Notes under the pieces: generated by a model
The model's input: only the letters and a program-made list of their open reading frames with translations
The model's database searches: none
Told to the model about the DNA's origin: nothing
Part shown: positions 49,684 through 60,591 of the stretch, piece after piece
How positions within the stretch are numbered: the stretch's first letter is position 1
How the letters are laid out: the number at the start of each line of letters is the position of its first letter
Program-made: the position numbers and the translations under genes
Origin: Chloroflexota bacterium
GTDB lineage: Bacteria > Chloroflexota > Dehalococcoidia > UBA2979
NCBI GenBank assembly: GCA_002716405.1
Contig: PBBA01000006.1
Span: 70,142 to 134,141 of the forward strand
Direction of reading: 5' to 3'
Length of the DNA: 64,000 nt

Positions 49684-50865
49684 ATGGAACTCAATAACAA
49701 AATTTTCGAAATACTAAAAGACTTAGTAGCACTGGATACTACTAGCAGAAATTCCAATTTGCCAGTCATAGAATATATTGAAAATTACTTAGATGACTAC
49801 AATATAAAAACACGAAGAATTTGGTATGAAGAAGGTAACAAATCCAACCTTCATGCAATAATTGGTCCTCCCCAAAAACATGGTTTAGCTTTATCAGCAC
49901 ACACTGATGTTGTTCCTGTAGACGGACAAAATTGGACTAGTGATCCGTGGATTCTCACGCAGAGAGAAGACAAATTATTTGGTAGAGGTACTGCTGATAT
50001 GAAAGGGTTTATAGCAGGTACTTTAGCAATGATACCTACTTTTAAGAAAGCAAACCTAGAAAGACCACTACATTTAATTTTCTCACCGGACGAAGAAATA
50101 GGATGCCTGGGAATTATTCCCTTGATAGAAGAGCTAATCGACTCGCCAAATAAACCCGATTATGTCATCGTCGGGGAACCAACTTCCTTACAGATTGTAT
50201 TGTCACACAAGGAACATTTTACTTTTCGCTGTAGTGTAACTGGTATAGAGAATCATTCTTCATTAGCACCTGAAGCAGTTAATGCTGTGGAATATGCATC
50301 ACGCTTAATTACAAAAATTACAGAGATCGCACGAAGAAAAGCAGATACAGGTCCTTATGACAGTGAATTTCATATCCCCTACACCACATTACATACAGGA
50401 CTCGTAAGAGGAGGAACAGCAGTAAATATAGTACCCAAACATGCAAATTTTGAATTCGAAATCAGAGCAATCCCCCTGGAAAATAGTAAGGAAATCGTAG
50501 AGGAAATACGTGATTTTATTAATAATCGATTGGTCCCCGAAATGAAATCAGTCTATAAGAATGCATCCATTGAATTAGATCTCATTTCGAATACACCTGG
50601 CCTAGATACTAGTCCGACTGAGATGATAGTTAATGAAGTTAAAAATTTAACTACAGATATTGGCCCAAATGCGCATGGCAAGGTAAGTTATGCTACTGAG
50701 GCAGGATTGTTTCAAAAAGCAGGATTTCCGACTGTAATCTGTGGTCCGGGTTCTATCGAACAAGCACATGGACCGGATGAATATATTACAATCGCTCAGC
50801 TTAACCTTTTAGAACAATTCCTATCGAGAATCAATATGTATCTACAAGAAAGGTCGATGCAATGA
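49684..50865 (+). CDS. M20-family metallopeptidase (ArgE/DapE-like acetylornithine deacetylase / succinyl-DAP desuccinylase)
   Basis: 393 aa with the LSAHTDVVP…GTADMKG…GEPT motifs of the M20 family. Confidence 0.85.
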   Translation: MELNNKIFEILKDLVALDTTSRNSNLPVIEYIENYLDDYNIKTRRIWYEEGNKSNLHAIIGPPQKHGLALSAHTDVVPVDGQNWTSDPWILTQREDKLFGRGTADMKGFIAGTLAMIPTFKKANLERPLHLIFSPDEEIGCLGIIPLIEELIDSPNKPDYVIVGEPTSLQIVLSHKEHFTFRCSVTGIENHSSLAPEAVNAVEYASRLITKITEIARRKADTGPYDSEFHIPYTTLHTGLVRGGTAVNIVPKHANFEFEIRAIPLENSKEIVEEIRDFINNRLVPEMKSVYKNASIELDLISNTPGLDTSPTEMIVNEVKNLTTDIGPNAHGKVSYATEAGLFQKAGFPTVICGPGSIEQAHGPDEYITIAQLNLLEQFLSRINMYLQERSMQ

Positions 50866-51812
50866 GATTAGTCACTTACAAGTCTTTAGGAACAAGTCGT
50901 ATCGGAGTATTAGATAATGAAGAAGTCATTGATCCGACACGTGCGCTTGCACTCCAGTTTTCAGAAAATAATTTTGCTCAACCCCTTCGCCGTGCAGAGC
51001 GGGAAATACCCTCCAACATGTTAGATTTGTTAGCACAAGGGAAAGAAACTTTAACAAAGGTAAGCGAGCTGACAAATTGGATTAAAAGTAACCCCGTTGC
51101 CAGAGAAAAAATGATTGATGATGGCATAATTATACTGCCTGATAATTTTACCTTTGATGCACCAATCCTTCGACCAGGAAAAGTAATGGCAATAGGCGTG
51201 AATTATAGAGCACATGCTGCAGAAATGGAACGAGAGCTACCTGAACATCCTACTGTATTTACCAAAGTTTCATCATGCATAGTTGGCACTGGCCATCCTA
51301 TCCATCATCCAAAAGTAAGCAATATGTTGGATTGGGAAGGAGAATTGTGCGTCGTAATAGGAGAAAAAGCTAGAAATATTAAAGCAGAAAATGCTATGGA
51401 GTATGTTGCAGGTTTTATGAATGGTGCAGATATAACTGTCCGAGACTGGCAAAGACATACTCCCACATGGATGATGGGTAAAAGTTGGGATACACATGGA
51501 CCCACAGGCCCTTGGATACTTACAACCGATGAAGTCCCATCCTACAAATCTCTTCATCTAAAAACATATATCAATGATATTGAAAAACAATCTGCGCCCG
51601 TTAGTGACTTGCTTTTTGATGTTGAAACACTCATCGAATACCTATCAACTGCTTTTACATTAGAGCCTGGTGATGTAATTTTTACAGGCACTCCAGCAGG
51701 AGTAGGGCAAGCTCGAGATCCTCAAGAATGGTTGTCGCCAGGAGATACCGTTCGTATAGAAATAACTGGCTTAGGAAGTCTAGTGAATCAAGTCATTGAC
51801 TATGGGAATTAG
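50862..51812 (+). CDS. Fumarylacetoacetate hydrolase (FAH) family protein
   Basis: 316 aa with a FAH fold (…GVNYRAHAAE…DWEGELCVVIG…GTPAGVG). Confidence 0.85.
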   Translation: MRLVTYKSLGTSRIGVLDNEEVIDPTRALALQFSENNFAQPLRRAEREIPSNMLDLLAQGKETLTKVSELTNWIKSNPVAREKMIDDGIIILPDNFTFDAPILRPGKVMAIGVNYRAHAAEMERELPEHPTVFTKVSSCIVGTGHPIHHPKVSNMLDWEGELCVVIGEKARNIKAENAMEYVAGFMNGADITVRDWQRHTPTWMMGKSWDTHGPTGPWILTTDEVPSYKSLHLKTYINDIEKQSAPVSDLLFDVETLIEYLSTAFTLEPGDVIFTGTPAGVGQARDPQEWLSPGDTVRIEITGLGSLVNQVIDYGN

Positions 51813-51871
51813 TTGGAAATTTAAATTAATTTGAACACAATAAACACCTTAAATAAAAATTTGGAATTGCA

Positions 51872-52510
51872 ATGTTAAGTGATTTCAATAACGGCCAAAA
51901 CGAAATCATTTTTTTACGTCAATATAGCGATTTAACACTACGGAGCATTGAGGTTTCTTCTGATGCACTACTTGAAAGGCTTTTTCTCGCAGAAACTAGT
52001 CAAAGAAACCTTCTAGGCTTAAGGTTATTGTCCGATCTAAGTGAATCTGCGCAAAGGTTAATGGCAGTATTCAATGCATTATCCACAAGAACCGTTAATG
52101 TAGCCAAAGCTTTGACTTACCCGTTACCTGAATCAGATAAATGGGATGTATTTTGTACAGATGTAATTGAGATTCCCCCAGAAACACTGATCAGAAAAAT
52201 GGGTATCGATGAAAGAGCAATTGAAAGTGCTTCAGAATTATCATCACTTACTGATCTCCCACGACACAAAAAATTAATTCAATTACATAGCAATGGTAAT
52301 CCTAATGTATTGATCGATAATTCTTCACCAACAACTATTCACCTTCTTAATCACACTCAAAACGGCAAGCAAATTACCATGTCAATAAATCTTTCAGAAG
52401 AAATAATAGTGGCAATCGCAGACACTACTGGACAATTTGTCCGTTTAGCACGAGATTTTTTGCTAACAAATGTAGAAATTCGAGAAGAATCTTTCCAAAA
52501 TTCAAAGTAA
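51872..52510 (+). CDS. Hypothetical protein (212 aa) immediately upstream of the MMPL transporter
   Basis: ORF only. Confidence 0.4.
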   Translation: MLSDFNNGQNEIIFLRQYSDLTLRSIEVSSDALLERLFLAETSQRNLLGLRLLSDLSESAQRLMAVFNALSTRTVNVAKALTYPLPESDKWDVFCTDVIEIPPETLIRKMGIDERAIESASELSSLTDLPRHKKLIQLHSNGNPNVLIDNSSPTTIHLLNHTQNGKQITMSINLSEEIIVAIADTTGQFVRLARDFLLTNVEIREESFQNSK

Positions 52511-52519
52511 AATAACTAT

Positions 52520-54742
52520 ATGACAAACATTTTGACAGACTTTGCATCTAGTAAAAAAGGAAAATGGATTACGTTAATTATTTGGTTAATAGGAGCGGCT
52601 ATCCTAATTTCCTCACTCCCAAGATTGGATCAAGTTCAAGAAAATAATCAAGCACTTTTCCTTCCTGCTAATGCTGAATCAACAAATGCCTTTGAATTAG
52701 CACAGAAAAAATTCCCAAGCGATGGAACACCAACAATAATTGTATTTCATAACGATGAAGGACTATCAAATGAAGTATTCTTAGCCGAACGTGATCTAAC
52801 AAAGTGGCTTATGAGTGTTGAAGCACCCGATAATATCAAACAAGTATTATCACCTTCTCTTTCACCTAATTTAGCAACTAGTCTTATTTCTCAAGATAAA
52901 ACAACGATGAACATTGTTGTTGAAATAACTGGTGAGCCAGCAGAAAGTGAATTTTCTGAAAGTATCATAATTATTCGTGAACAATTGATGCAATTTGATT
53001 CACTCGATGTCGATATTGCTGTAGGAGGCCCTGGAGGACTAATCGTTGATCTTGTTAAAGTTTTTACACAAATAGATGGCTTCCTGTTGATTGTAACCAT
53101 TCTCTTAGTTCTCACATTACTCATTGTTATATATAGATCACCTATTGTTGCAGTTATTCCTTTAATTGGTGTAGCCCTAGTTTTCCAAGTGGCTGGTGGA
53201 ATAGGTGCATGGGTAGTAGAACAATTTAGCTTCCCGATTAGTGGTCAAACAACTGGGATTATGACAGTTGTACTCTTTGGAACTGGTACTGATTATATTT
53301 TGTTTATTACAGCACGCTTTCGTGAAGAGCTATCAAAAAGTGAAGATAAGCATATCGCTATGCAACGTACAATGAGGGAGGTAGGAGGAGCCGTAGCTTC
53401 AGCTGGGGCAACGATATTAATAGCGACTGGAGCATTACTATTAGCAACTCTAAGATCCTATCAATCTTTAGGACCAATTATTGCAATTGCGATTATCTTA
53501 ATGATTTTAGCATCACTAACTCTTATTCCTGCAGCATTAACAATTTTTGGTAGAAAAGTCTTCTGGCCATTGCAACCTAAACTCTTAACCTTAGAGAGTT
53601 CTAAGCAGACCACTAACAATATTTACTGGCACGTAGGAAGATATGTTTTAAAACGACCAAGAACAATATTAGGGATCTGTACAATTACACTTTGCATAAT
53701 GATTGGTGGAATGACATTTTATCAACCGAATTATGATCCTTTGGCCAGTTTACCTAGTAATACTGAATCGGTACGAAGTTTTGAACTATTGCGTAAAGGT
53801 TTTCCTGCTGGCGATTTATCGCCGACTCGAATCTACATACAACTTAATAATGAAAATACAATTAGCGATGAAAAAACCCTCCAAAAGATAGATTCAATAA
53901 CTTTAGATTTATCTGATCAAACATCAATTGCTAACATCAAGGGACCAACCAGACCGTTTGGCGTTCAAAATACAGAAGACAAGATGATATGGAATACTAA
54001 TCAAAGTAGTAGATTTGTCTCGATGGATAAAAGTGTTGTCAGACTAGATGTAATACTCAATACAAACCCATACTCCCAACAAGCAATTGATACCATCCCT
54101 ATCTTACGTAATCAGGCAAAAATTGCTGCAACAAAGGCTGGAATAGCAAAAGAAAAAGTATTAATAGGTGGTGAAACAGCTGAAATACATGATACACGCC
54201 ATGCAAACAATCGTGATTCAATAGTAGTTCTACCTTTGATATTACTTGCTATAGGCTTAATTTTATCAATACTTCTTCGATCTCTTGTAGCACCAATCTA
54301 CCTAATCATTACAATTGCAATTACCTATTTTGCGACTCTAGGTCTATCAATGACAATCTTTAGATTGATATTAGGTCATGAAGGAATTGGCACTGGAGTA
54401 GCGTTTTATTTGTTTGTTTTTCTTAATGCGTTAAGTGTAGATTACAATATTTATCTGATGTCAAGAGTCAAAGAAGAAGCTAAGAAATCGCCACTTAACA
54501 TTGCTACACGTGAAGCACTTAGTCGAACAGGAGGAGTAATTACTTCAGCTGGATTAATTCTTGCAGGAACATTTTCAGCATTAATGTTATTGCCTCTTCA
54601 AGATTTGTTTCAATTAGGATTCGCAGTAGCAATTGGAGTACTAATGGATACTTTTATTACACGTACATTGATTGTACCAGCTTTAATTTCACAATTCGGA
54701 AAATGGAATTGGTGGCCAACAAAATTGACCAGCCACAACTGA
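52520..54742 (+). CDS. MMPL-family RND-type transporter
   Basis: 740 aa with two 6-TM bundles each followed by large extracytoplasmic domains, the typical MMPL architecture. Confidence 0.8.
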   Translation: MTNILTDFASSKKGKWITLIIWLIGAAILISSLPRLDQVQENNQALFLPANAESTNAFELAQKKFPSDGTPTIIVFHNDEGLSNEVFLAERDLTKWLMSVEAPDNIKQVLSPSLSPNLATSLISQDKTTMNIVVEITGEPAESEFSESIIIIREQLMQFDSLDVDIAVGGPGGLIVDLVKVFTQIDGFLLIVTILLVLTLLIVIYRSPIVAVIPLIGVALVFQVAGGIGAWVVEQFSFPISGQTTGIMTVVLFGTGTDYILFITARFREELSKSEDKHIAMQRTMREVGGAVASAGATILIATGALLLATLRSYQSLGPIIAIAIILMILASLTLIPAALTIFGRKVFWPLQPKLLTLESSKQTTNNIYWHVGRYVLKRPRTILGICTITLCIMIGGMTFYQPNYDPLASLPSNTESVRSFELLRKGFPAGDLSPTRIYIQLNNENTISDEKTLQKIDSITLDLSDQTSIANIKGPTRPFGVQNTEDKMIWNTNQSSRFVSMDKSVVRLDVILNTNPYSQQAIDTIPILRNQAKIAATKAGIAKEKVLIGGETAEIHDTRHANNRDSIVVLPLILLAIGLILSILLRSLVAPIYLIITIAITYFATLGLSMTIFRLILGHEGIGTGVAFYLFVFLNALSVDYNIYLMSRVKEEAKKSPLNIATREALSRTGGVITSAGLILAGTFSALMLLPLQDLFQLGFAVAIGVLMDTFITRTLIVPALISQFGKWNWWPTKLTSHN

Positions 54743-54763
54743 ACAGTTACGACTGGTCAAGAA

Positions 54764-56122
54764 TTAATCAAGAAAATCAGCTAAAGAATTAAATCGAGCA
54801 GAATGTTTTAACTTTTTTAATGCAGCAATCTCTATTTGACGGACTCTCTCCTTCGTTAGATCAAATAAATCACCAAGCTCTTGTAACCCTCTGGCACGAC
54901 CATCAGTCAAACCAAAGCGTAATTCAAGCAATTGTCTTTCACGAACAGTCAAGATAGAAAGGGCATCCCTAACGTAATCACGCAAAAGAGACCAACTTAC
55001 TCGTGCTAATGGTTCTTCTTCAACTTCATCTGGCACTATATCACTAAGTTCAAAATCATCTTCAGAAGATGATAAAGGCTGTTCAAGTGAAAGAGGTTCA
55101 GAAGGAACTGAAAGAGCACGAGAAATTAATTTCGCTGAAATATGGGTATTTTCAGCTATTTCATCTACTGAAGGTGCATGTTGAATTTTTTCACTCAATT
55201 GGTTTTGTGCACGGATGATCTTACTTCGACGCGTTATCATGTGACCTGGCAATCTAATCATCCTGGCTTGCTCATCTAAAGCACGTCTTACTGCCTGACG
55301 TATCCACCATGTAGCATAAGTAGAAAATTTAAAACCACGACGGTATTCAAATTTTTCAACCGCTTTTATAAGTCCAATATTTCCTTCTTGAATTAAGTCC
55401 AACAAGGTCATAGACGGTGCATCATATCGTTTAGCAATCGAAACAACTAAACGCAAATTAGATTCAACCATTCGAGAAAATGCTTTTTCAGATATCGAAA
55501 TTAATTGTTGAAGATGACTATCAAAGTCAGTCATCAGAGAATCATCCAAATTATGAAAGAACAATTCTGGCAAATACAAACCTGATTTTTCTGAACCAGA
55601 TATATCATTAAGACAACTATAATGATTTGGTAAAAGAATATTAATCAGTAATGAAATTTCGACAATTTTTTGCTGGGCGTCTGCTTCAGAAAAATCGTGG
55701 CCAACCATTAATTCGTTTATTAGTTCATCATTAAATTTACCGTCAACATTATCCTTGAGCTTTGTGTCCAAGACTAAAGTTGATATAGGCTGTATTGATA
55801 TCCCAAGTTTATGTGCGATAGCATTAATTAAGACCCTATTAGAAGCAAGATCAGAAAATAATTTCATCAAGATATTTACTAAGGTTTTTTCTTTATTAGC
55901 GTCATCAAATTCGCTATACAATTTTTTTGCATAGCGACCTATTTCAATTTGTAAACCTAAAACTTGTTCGTCAGCACGTTTTAATAATGGATGTTTAGAA
56001 ATATCCTTAACATATTTTTTAAGAGCATTTTCATTAATTCCACGATGAGTAAAAGGACCATTTATAGTATTAAGTGACTCATCTACAAAAGAATATTCTT
56101 GAGGTTGAGCTTGAGAAGACAT
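54764..56122 (-). CDS. rpoD: RNA polymerase sigma-70 family factor (RpoD-like, group 1/2)
   Basis: Regions 2-4 are present ([37 protein letters not shown]; C-terminal region 4 HTH). Confidence 0.88.
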   Translation of the reverse strand: MSSQAQPQEYSFVDESLNTINGPFTHRGINENALKKYVKDISKHPLLKRADEQVLGLQIEIGRYAKKLYSEFDDANKEKTLVNILMKLFSDLASNRVLINAIAHKLGISIQPISTLVLDTKLKDNVDGKFNDELINELMVGHDFSEADAQQKIVEISLLINILLPNHYSCLNDISGSEKSGLYLPELFFHNLDDSLMTDFDSHLQQLISISEKAFSRMVESNLRLVVSIAKRYDAPSMTLLDLIQEGNIGLIKAVEKFEYRRGFKFSTYATWWIRQAVRRALDEQARMIRLPGHMITRRSKIIRAQNQLSEKIQHAPSVDEIAENTHISAKLISRALSVPSEPLSLEQPLSSSEDDFELSDIVPDEVEEEPLARVSWSLLRDYVRDALSILTVRERQLLELRFGLTDGRARGLQELGDLFDLTKERVRQIEIAALKKLKHSARFNSLADFLD

Positions 56123-56424
56123 TTCGCCTCCTAATATATTGAATAATTAATGAACAATATTTTTTTATTATTGCCTAAGTTTTGAACAACTATAGCATAT
56201 TGTTATTTTCTTGCAAGTGATTGTTAATTTTCTCAAATCGAAATATAGCGTCATTTTTCCCCTATTTGATACTAAGTATCAAATAGGGAAATTGCAAACA
56301 TTCGATTTGTATTTTAAGGAAATATGATGATCCAATAACTTCAAAAATAGAAAATTACGATAAGGGATAATGAATATTCATATTTATGTGAATTTTTTAA
56401 TCCATACCTAGCATCTAATATGCA

Positions 56425-57054
56425 TTAGCAAACACTCCCCAGCCACTCTTCTTCCCATTCCTTAAGTACTTTAAGCGCTTTTGGAATATCTAAAGTATAT
56501 GTACCATCTTCAGATATACTTGGTGTTTCAATAAATAGATTTGCAATGAGCCTAATTTTCTCCAATATATCATCCCGTAGTATCCATTCTTGAGCTAGTT
56601 CGAATTGCCTATTGGAAATTACATTTGCAAACTGTATTTCAGCTTTGATGCTATCAAATTCTATATCAGCGCCTATACGAACCATCTCTTCAGACATCAC
56701 AGCTACATCTTGAGCATCTTCCTCCAATTGATCGCCATCCCATACATCGCAAATAGTGCTTACACTTAATGATCGTAGAAAAAAACAAAAAATATATTCT
56801 TCCATCAATTGAATAGATTCATCGGTACTTAAGCCTCCATCTTTAAACCAAGTACGATGTCTATCCATACGCGTAGTAAGTGTCCCACCAATCCACTCAC
56901 CAACTATATCTTTAGTTTTTAACATTTCTGCTTCATCTAGTTGTCTCATCCATGAAACAGCGACTTCGTGTCCAAATGATACATGCGCAACAAAGATCGC
57001 TGATTGCTGAAAGGCAATTATTTCTTTTGAATAAATCACTTCAGTAGTACCCAC
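56425..57054 (-). CDS. Hypothetical acidic protein (209 aa)
   Basis: ORF only. Confidence 0.4.
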   Translation of the reverse strand: MGTTEVIYSKEIIAFQQSAIFVAHVSFGHEVAVSWMRQLDEAEMLKTKDIVGEWIGGTLTTRMDRHRTWFKDGGLSTDESIQLMEEYIFCFFLRSLSVSTICDVWDGDQLEEDAQDVAVMSEEMVRIGADIEFDSIKAEIQFANVISNRQFELAQEWILRDDILEKIRLIANLFIETPSISEDGTYTLDIPKALKVLKEWEEEWLGSVC

Positions 57055-57136
57055 TTTTTAGTATACAAATCCAAGGATTTTGTTGTGGTGCCATAAAGAT
57101 ACTGTATCAAGAAAATTAGCCCTTATATAAACCTGA

Positions 57137-57178
57137 TTGCTTAAGAATCAAATACCTAGGTATTTGATTCTTAAGCAA
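57137..57178. repeat. 42-bp perfect palindrome TTGCTTAAGAATCAAATACCTAGGTATTTGATTCTTAAGCAA in the divergent intergenic region upstream of panE
   Basis: Read directly from the sequence: 21-nt arms with no mismatch, centred on CCTAGG. Confidence 0.9.
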
Positions 57179-57238
57179 CTTCAATTATTTGTTGTTCCAA
57201 TTGGTATGTAATAATGTAAAAGAGTTAGTGAGGTTATA

Positions 57239-58237
57239 GTGCGTTACATCATTTATGGAGCTGGTGCAATAGGTAGTGGAATTGGTGCACTTTTGCATCA
57301 ACATGGGCATGAAGTAGTTTTGATTGCACGTGGTGAACATGAAAGGCAAATAAATACAAATGGACTCACTATTCATACCCCTGACTCAACATTCAATGTA
57401 AAACCAGATACTGTTTCACACCCAAAAGCAATCGATTGGAAAGATGAAGATATAGTATTTCTGACCATGAAACTACAAGATACAGAATTTGCTCTTGAAG
57501 AATTATTAAAATACACGAATACAAATACACCTATTGTCTCAGCACAAAATGGTGTCGAAGCAGAAAGAATGATTGCGCGAAAATTTTTAAACGTCTATGG
57601 GATGGTAGTCATGATGTCAGCAACATTCCTTGATCCCGGTGAAGTAATTTTACACAGTACACCAATACGAGGATGGCTTAATGTTGGGCGATACCCGTAT
57701 GGGCTTGATTCAACTACAGAAAAGGTATCCTCCGTCTTAAGTAATAGTCAGATGAGTTCAAATGAAGATTCTCAGATTATGCGCCTGAAATATACAAAAT
57801 TAAAACATAATTTAAACAACGCCCTGGATGCCCTAGTCGGTAAATCAGGAAGGGGAGGTAAAGTACATAAAGAACTTAATTCAGAAGCTGATGCATGCTT
57901 TACAGCGGCATCAATAGATATAGCTACCGAAGAAGAATTCGATAAGATCCGACCAGAAAACTTTAAAATTGGAAAAGTCCCTAATCATCCAAGAAGAGGA
58001 ACTTCTGCTTGGCAAAGTCTAGCAAGAGGCAAAGGTATTGAAGTAGATTATCTGAACGGCGAAATTGTATTACTTGGTACTATGCATAATATACCAACAC
58101 CGTATAATAAAGCTGTGCAAGAACTTGCATTAAAAGCTGTGAGAAATGGTCTCCCGCCAGAAAATTCTTCTGAAGAAGAAATACATCAGCTTGCTACTGA
58201 ATATTCTCTTGCATTTGATAAAATAATAAAAAAATAA
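57239..58237 (+). CDS. panE: 2-dehydropantoate 2-reductase (ketopantoate reductase, PanE/ApbA family)
   Basis: MRYIIYGAGAIGSGIGALL Rossmann N-terminus and an ApbA C-terminal domain. Confidence 0.8.
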   Translation: MRYIIYGAGAIGSGIGALLHQHGHEVVLIARGEHERQINTNGLTIHTPDSTFNVKPDTVSHPKAIDWKDEDIVFLTMKLQDTEFALEELLKYTNTNTPIVSAQNGVEAERMIARKFLNVYGMVVMMSATFLDPGEVILHSTPIRGWLNVGRYPYGLDSTTEKVSSVLSNSQMSSNEDSQIMRLKYTKLKHNLNNALDALVGKSGRGGKVHKELNSEADACFTAASIDIATEEEFDKIRPENFKIGKVPNHPRRGTSAWQSLARGKGIEVDYLNGEIVLLGTMHNIPTPYNKAVQELALKAVRNGLPPENSSEEEIHQLATEYSLAFDKIIKK

Positions 58238-58246
58238 GGAGCAAAG

Positions 58247-58426
58247 ATGGGTTGCCCGGTTCACATATGGATTCCCCTAATTGCCGCAGTTGCTCCTGGG
58301 GTCAGATTTGTACGTGACAGATTTCGTAACTCAGTAATTAAACAAACCGCTTATAAACATCCAGTTGACAAAATGGCTGATATGAAACGTTGGACCCCCA
58401 TTGAAGAAAAAAAATCAGACAGTTAA
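58247..58426 (+). CDS. Candidate small protein (59 aa, hydrophobic N-terminus), not in the ORF track
   Basis: ATG 58247 is preceded by TAAGGAG 6 nt upstream. Translation: MGCPVHIWIPLIAAVAPGVRFVRDRFRNSVIKQTAYKHPVDKMADMKRWTPIEEKKSDS. It fills the panE-yyaL gap. Confidence 0.3.
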   Translation: MGCPVHIWIPLIAAVAPGVRFVRDRFRNSVIKQTAYKHPVDKMADMKRWTPIEEKKSDS

Positions 58427-58479
58427 AAAATTAAATAATTGCGTGGTCAATTCACCATTAGAATGGAACTTTAAAAAAT

Positions 58480-60579
58480 TTGGACACCACAGATCGAATA
58501 ACTAAAAATCGTTTGTCACGTGAAACAAGCCCCTATCTCCTTCAACACCAGTTTAACCCTGTTGATTGGTTTCCCTGGGGGCAAGAAGCATTCGAAAAAT
58601 CACAAAAAGATAATAAACCCATCCTACTTTCAATAGGATATTCTTCGTGCCATTGGTGTCATGTAATGGCGCATGAATCTTTTGAAAACACTCAAATTGC
58701 TAATTTAATGAATGATCATTTTATTAACATAAAAGTTGATCGGGAAGAAAGACCAGATGTTGATTCAGTATATATGACATTCACTCAAGCACTTACTGGT
58801 CAAGGTGGATGGCCTATGACCGTTTTCCTCACACCAGAATTAAAGCCATTTTATGCAGGAACCTATTACCCACCTAATGACTCACATGGAAGACCGGGAT
58901 TCCCCAAACTCTTAAGTGCGATTAGTAAGGCTTGGAATAATGATCAAGAAAATATCTTAAATTCTGCAAACAACATAACTTTACAAATGCAAAAAAATGT
59001 TCAAAAAAAACTACCAGCATCATCCATACCTCTGACGTCTAATTCGCTTTCGGACAGAGTTGAAATATTCAGAAATTCTTACGATGAAACCAATGGTGGG
59101 TTTGGAAATTCGCCAAAATTTCCTAGCCCCACAAATTTAGAATTTCTCCTAACACATGGTAGCTCTCAAAATAATCAACATGATTTTAAGTCAGCAACTT
59201 CGATGGTACTTACCACGCTTAAAAAAATGTGGGAGGGCGGTATTTACGATCATTTAGCAGGAGGATTTTCACGATATAGTGTTGATGAAAAATGGCTAAT
59301 TCCACATTTTGAAAAAATGCTTTATGACAATGCACAATTGGCTAAACTTTATACACACGCATATCAAATTACAGAAGATATGTTCTATAAAGAGATTGCT
59401 ACAGAAACTATCGAATATATATTGACAGATTTATACGATGAAAATGGTACTTTTTTTGCATCTCAAGATGCAGATAGCGAAGGTGTAGAGGGCAAATTTT
59501 TTGTTTGGACAAGTGAAGAGTTTGATAAAATTTTTGATTCAAACGAAAGTCAAATTGCAAAAATTCTATATAACGTTCAAAAAGAGGGGAATTTTTTTGA
59601 CCCTCATCACCCTGAGCTTACCGGTCGAAGTGTCCTTAGTAGAAAGTATGAATCAGAAAATCTTGCGTCGAAACTTGAGCTGACTGTCCAAGAATTACAG
59701 ACTAAACTAAATAAAATTAAAAAAACATTATTAGAAGAGCGCAAAAAGCGCATCGCACCAAAAATTGATGACAAAATCCTAACTTCATGGAATGGTCTCA
59801 TGTTAGCGGCATTAGCAGAGGCAGGGAGAGTATTTGGCAATCAATACTACATTGAAGTGGCAGAAAAAAATGTGACTTTTTTTCGAGAAAACATGTGGAA
59901 GAACAATCGTTTTTTTCACACGTATAAAGACAATAGAGCTTCAGTCGATGGATTACTTGAGGATTATACTTTCTTCACTATCGGACTTATTGAACTGTAT
60001 AAAGCAACTGGAAATAATAAACATCTACAATGGGCAAAAAAGATTTTTGAACAAACAATAAATCTATTTCATGATGACGAAAATGGGGCTTTTTTTGACA
60101 CGCCTAAGGATGGAGAAAATTTTGTTCTACGGCAAAAATCAATTACAGATTCTCCCACACCTAGCGGTAACGGTGCTGCTGCCATCGTCGCTATTCATCT
60201 ATCACGTTACTTCAATAAAAATGAATGGCAAACACTAGCCGAGGAAGTTATAAATATCACATTTCATGATACACAGCAGGTGAATTATGGGGTGAGTACT
60301 GTACTTCAGTCTGCTGAATTTTTACTCGCACCGAGGAAAGAAATATCAATTACAGGAAGAAAAAATTTACGTGGTAACTTCGAACGTAAATTAGCAGAAT
60401 ATTTTTTACCGAACGTTACAATTGCTGTAGGTGACGACAATATATATTTACCTATTGAAAATATTTTAGAATCTACAGACACAACTACAGCATATGTTTG
60501 TAGTAATTTTATCTGTCAGTTACCTGCTACATCAATTTCTGAATTTACCCGCCAGTTAGACAATTTAGTGAATACCTAA
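58480..60579 (+). CDS. Thioredoxin-domain protein, YyaL/DUF255 family (thioredoxin plus six-hairpin glycosidase-like domain)
   Basis: N-terminal [13 protein letters not shown] thioredoxin-like CxxC and a long alpha/alpha-toroid C-terminus. 699 aa. Confidence 0.8.
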   Translation: MDTTDRITKNRLSRETSPYLLQHQFNPVDWFPWGQEAFEKSQKDNKPILLSIGYSSCHWCHVMAHESFENTQIANLMNDHFINIKVDREERPDVDSVYMTFTQALTGQGGWPMTVFLTPELKPFYAGTYYPPNDSHGRPGFPKLLSAISKAWNNDQENILNSANNITLQMQKNVQKKLPASSIPLTSNSLSDRVEIFRNSYDETNGGFGNSPKFPSPTNLEFLLTHGSSQNNQHDFKSATSMVLTTLKKMWEGGIYDHLAGGFSRYSVDEKWLIPHFEKMLYDNAQLAKLYTHAYQITEDMFYKEIATETIEYILTDLYDENGTFFASQDADSEGVEGKFFVWTSEEFDKIFDSNESQIAKILYNVQKEGNFFDPHHPELTGRSVLSRKYESENLASKLELTVQELQTKLNKIKKTLLEERKKRIAPKIDDKILTSWNGLMLAALAEAGRVFGNQYYIEVAEKNVTFFRENMWKNNRFFHTYKDNRASVDGLLEDYTFFTIGLIELYKATGNNKHLQWAKKIFEQTINLFHDDENGAFFDTPKDGENFVLRQKSITDSPTPSGNGAAAIVAIHLSRYFNKNEWQTLAEEVINITFHDTQQVNYGVSTVLQSAEFLLAPRKEISITGRKNLRGNFERKLAEYFLPNVTIAVGDDNIYLPIENILESTDTTTAYVCSNFICQLPATSISEFTRQLDNLVNT

Positions 60580-60591
60580 AATGGAAAACTT

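Noticed and set aside
56260-56288. Hairpin considered as the intrinsic terminator of the 56425-57054 gene
   Set aside because: There is no U-tract after the stem on either strand, so it is reported only as an inverted repeat of unknown function.
57185-57376. 63-aa - strand ORF ending right next to the 42-bp palindrome, which could have made the palindrome its terminator
   Set aside because: It overlaps the well-supported panE N-terminus in antisense. It has a Cys/Asn-rich, low-complexity composition and no SD. It is unlikely to be real.
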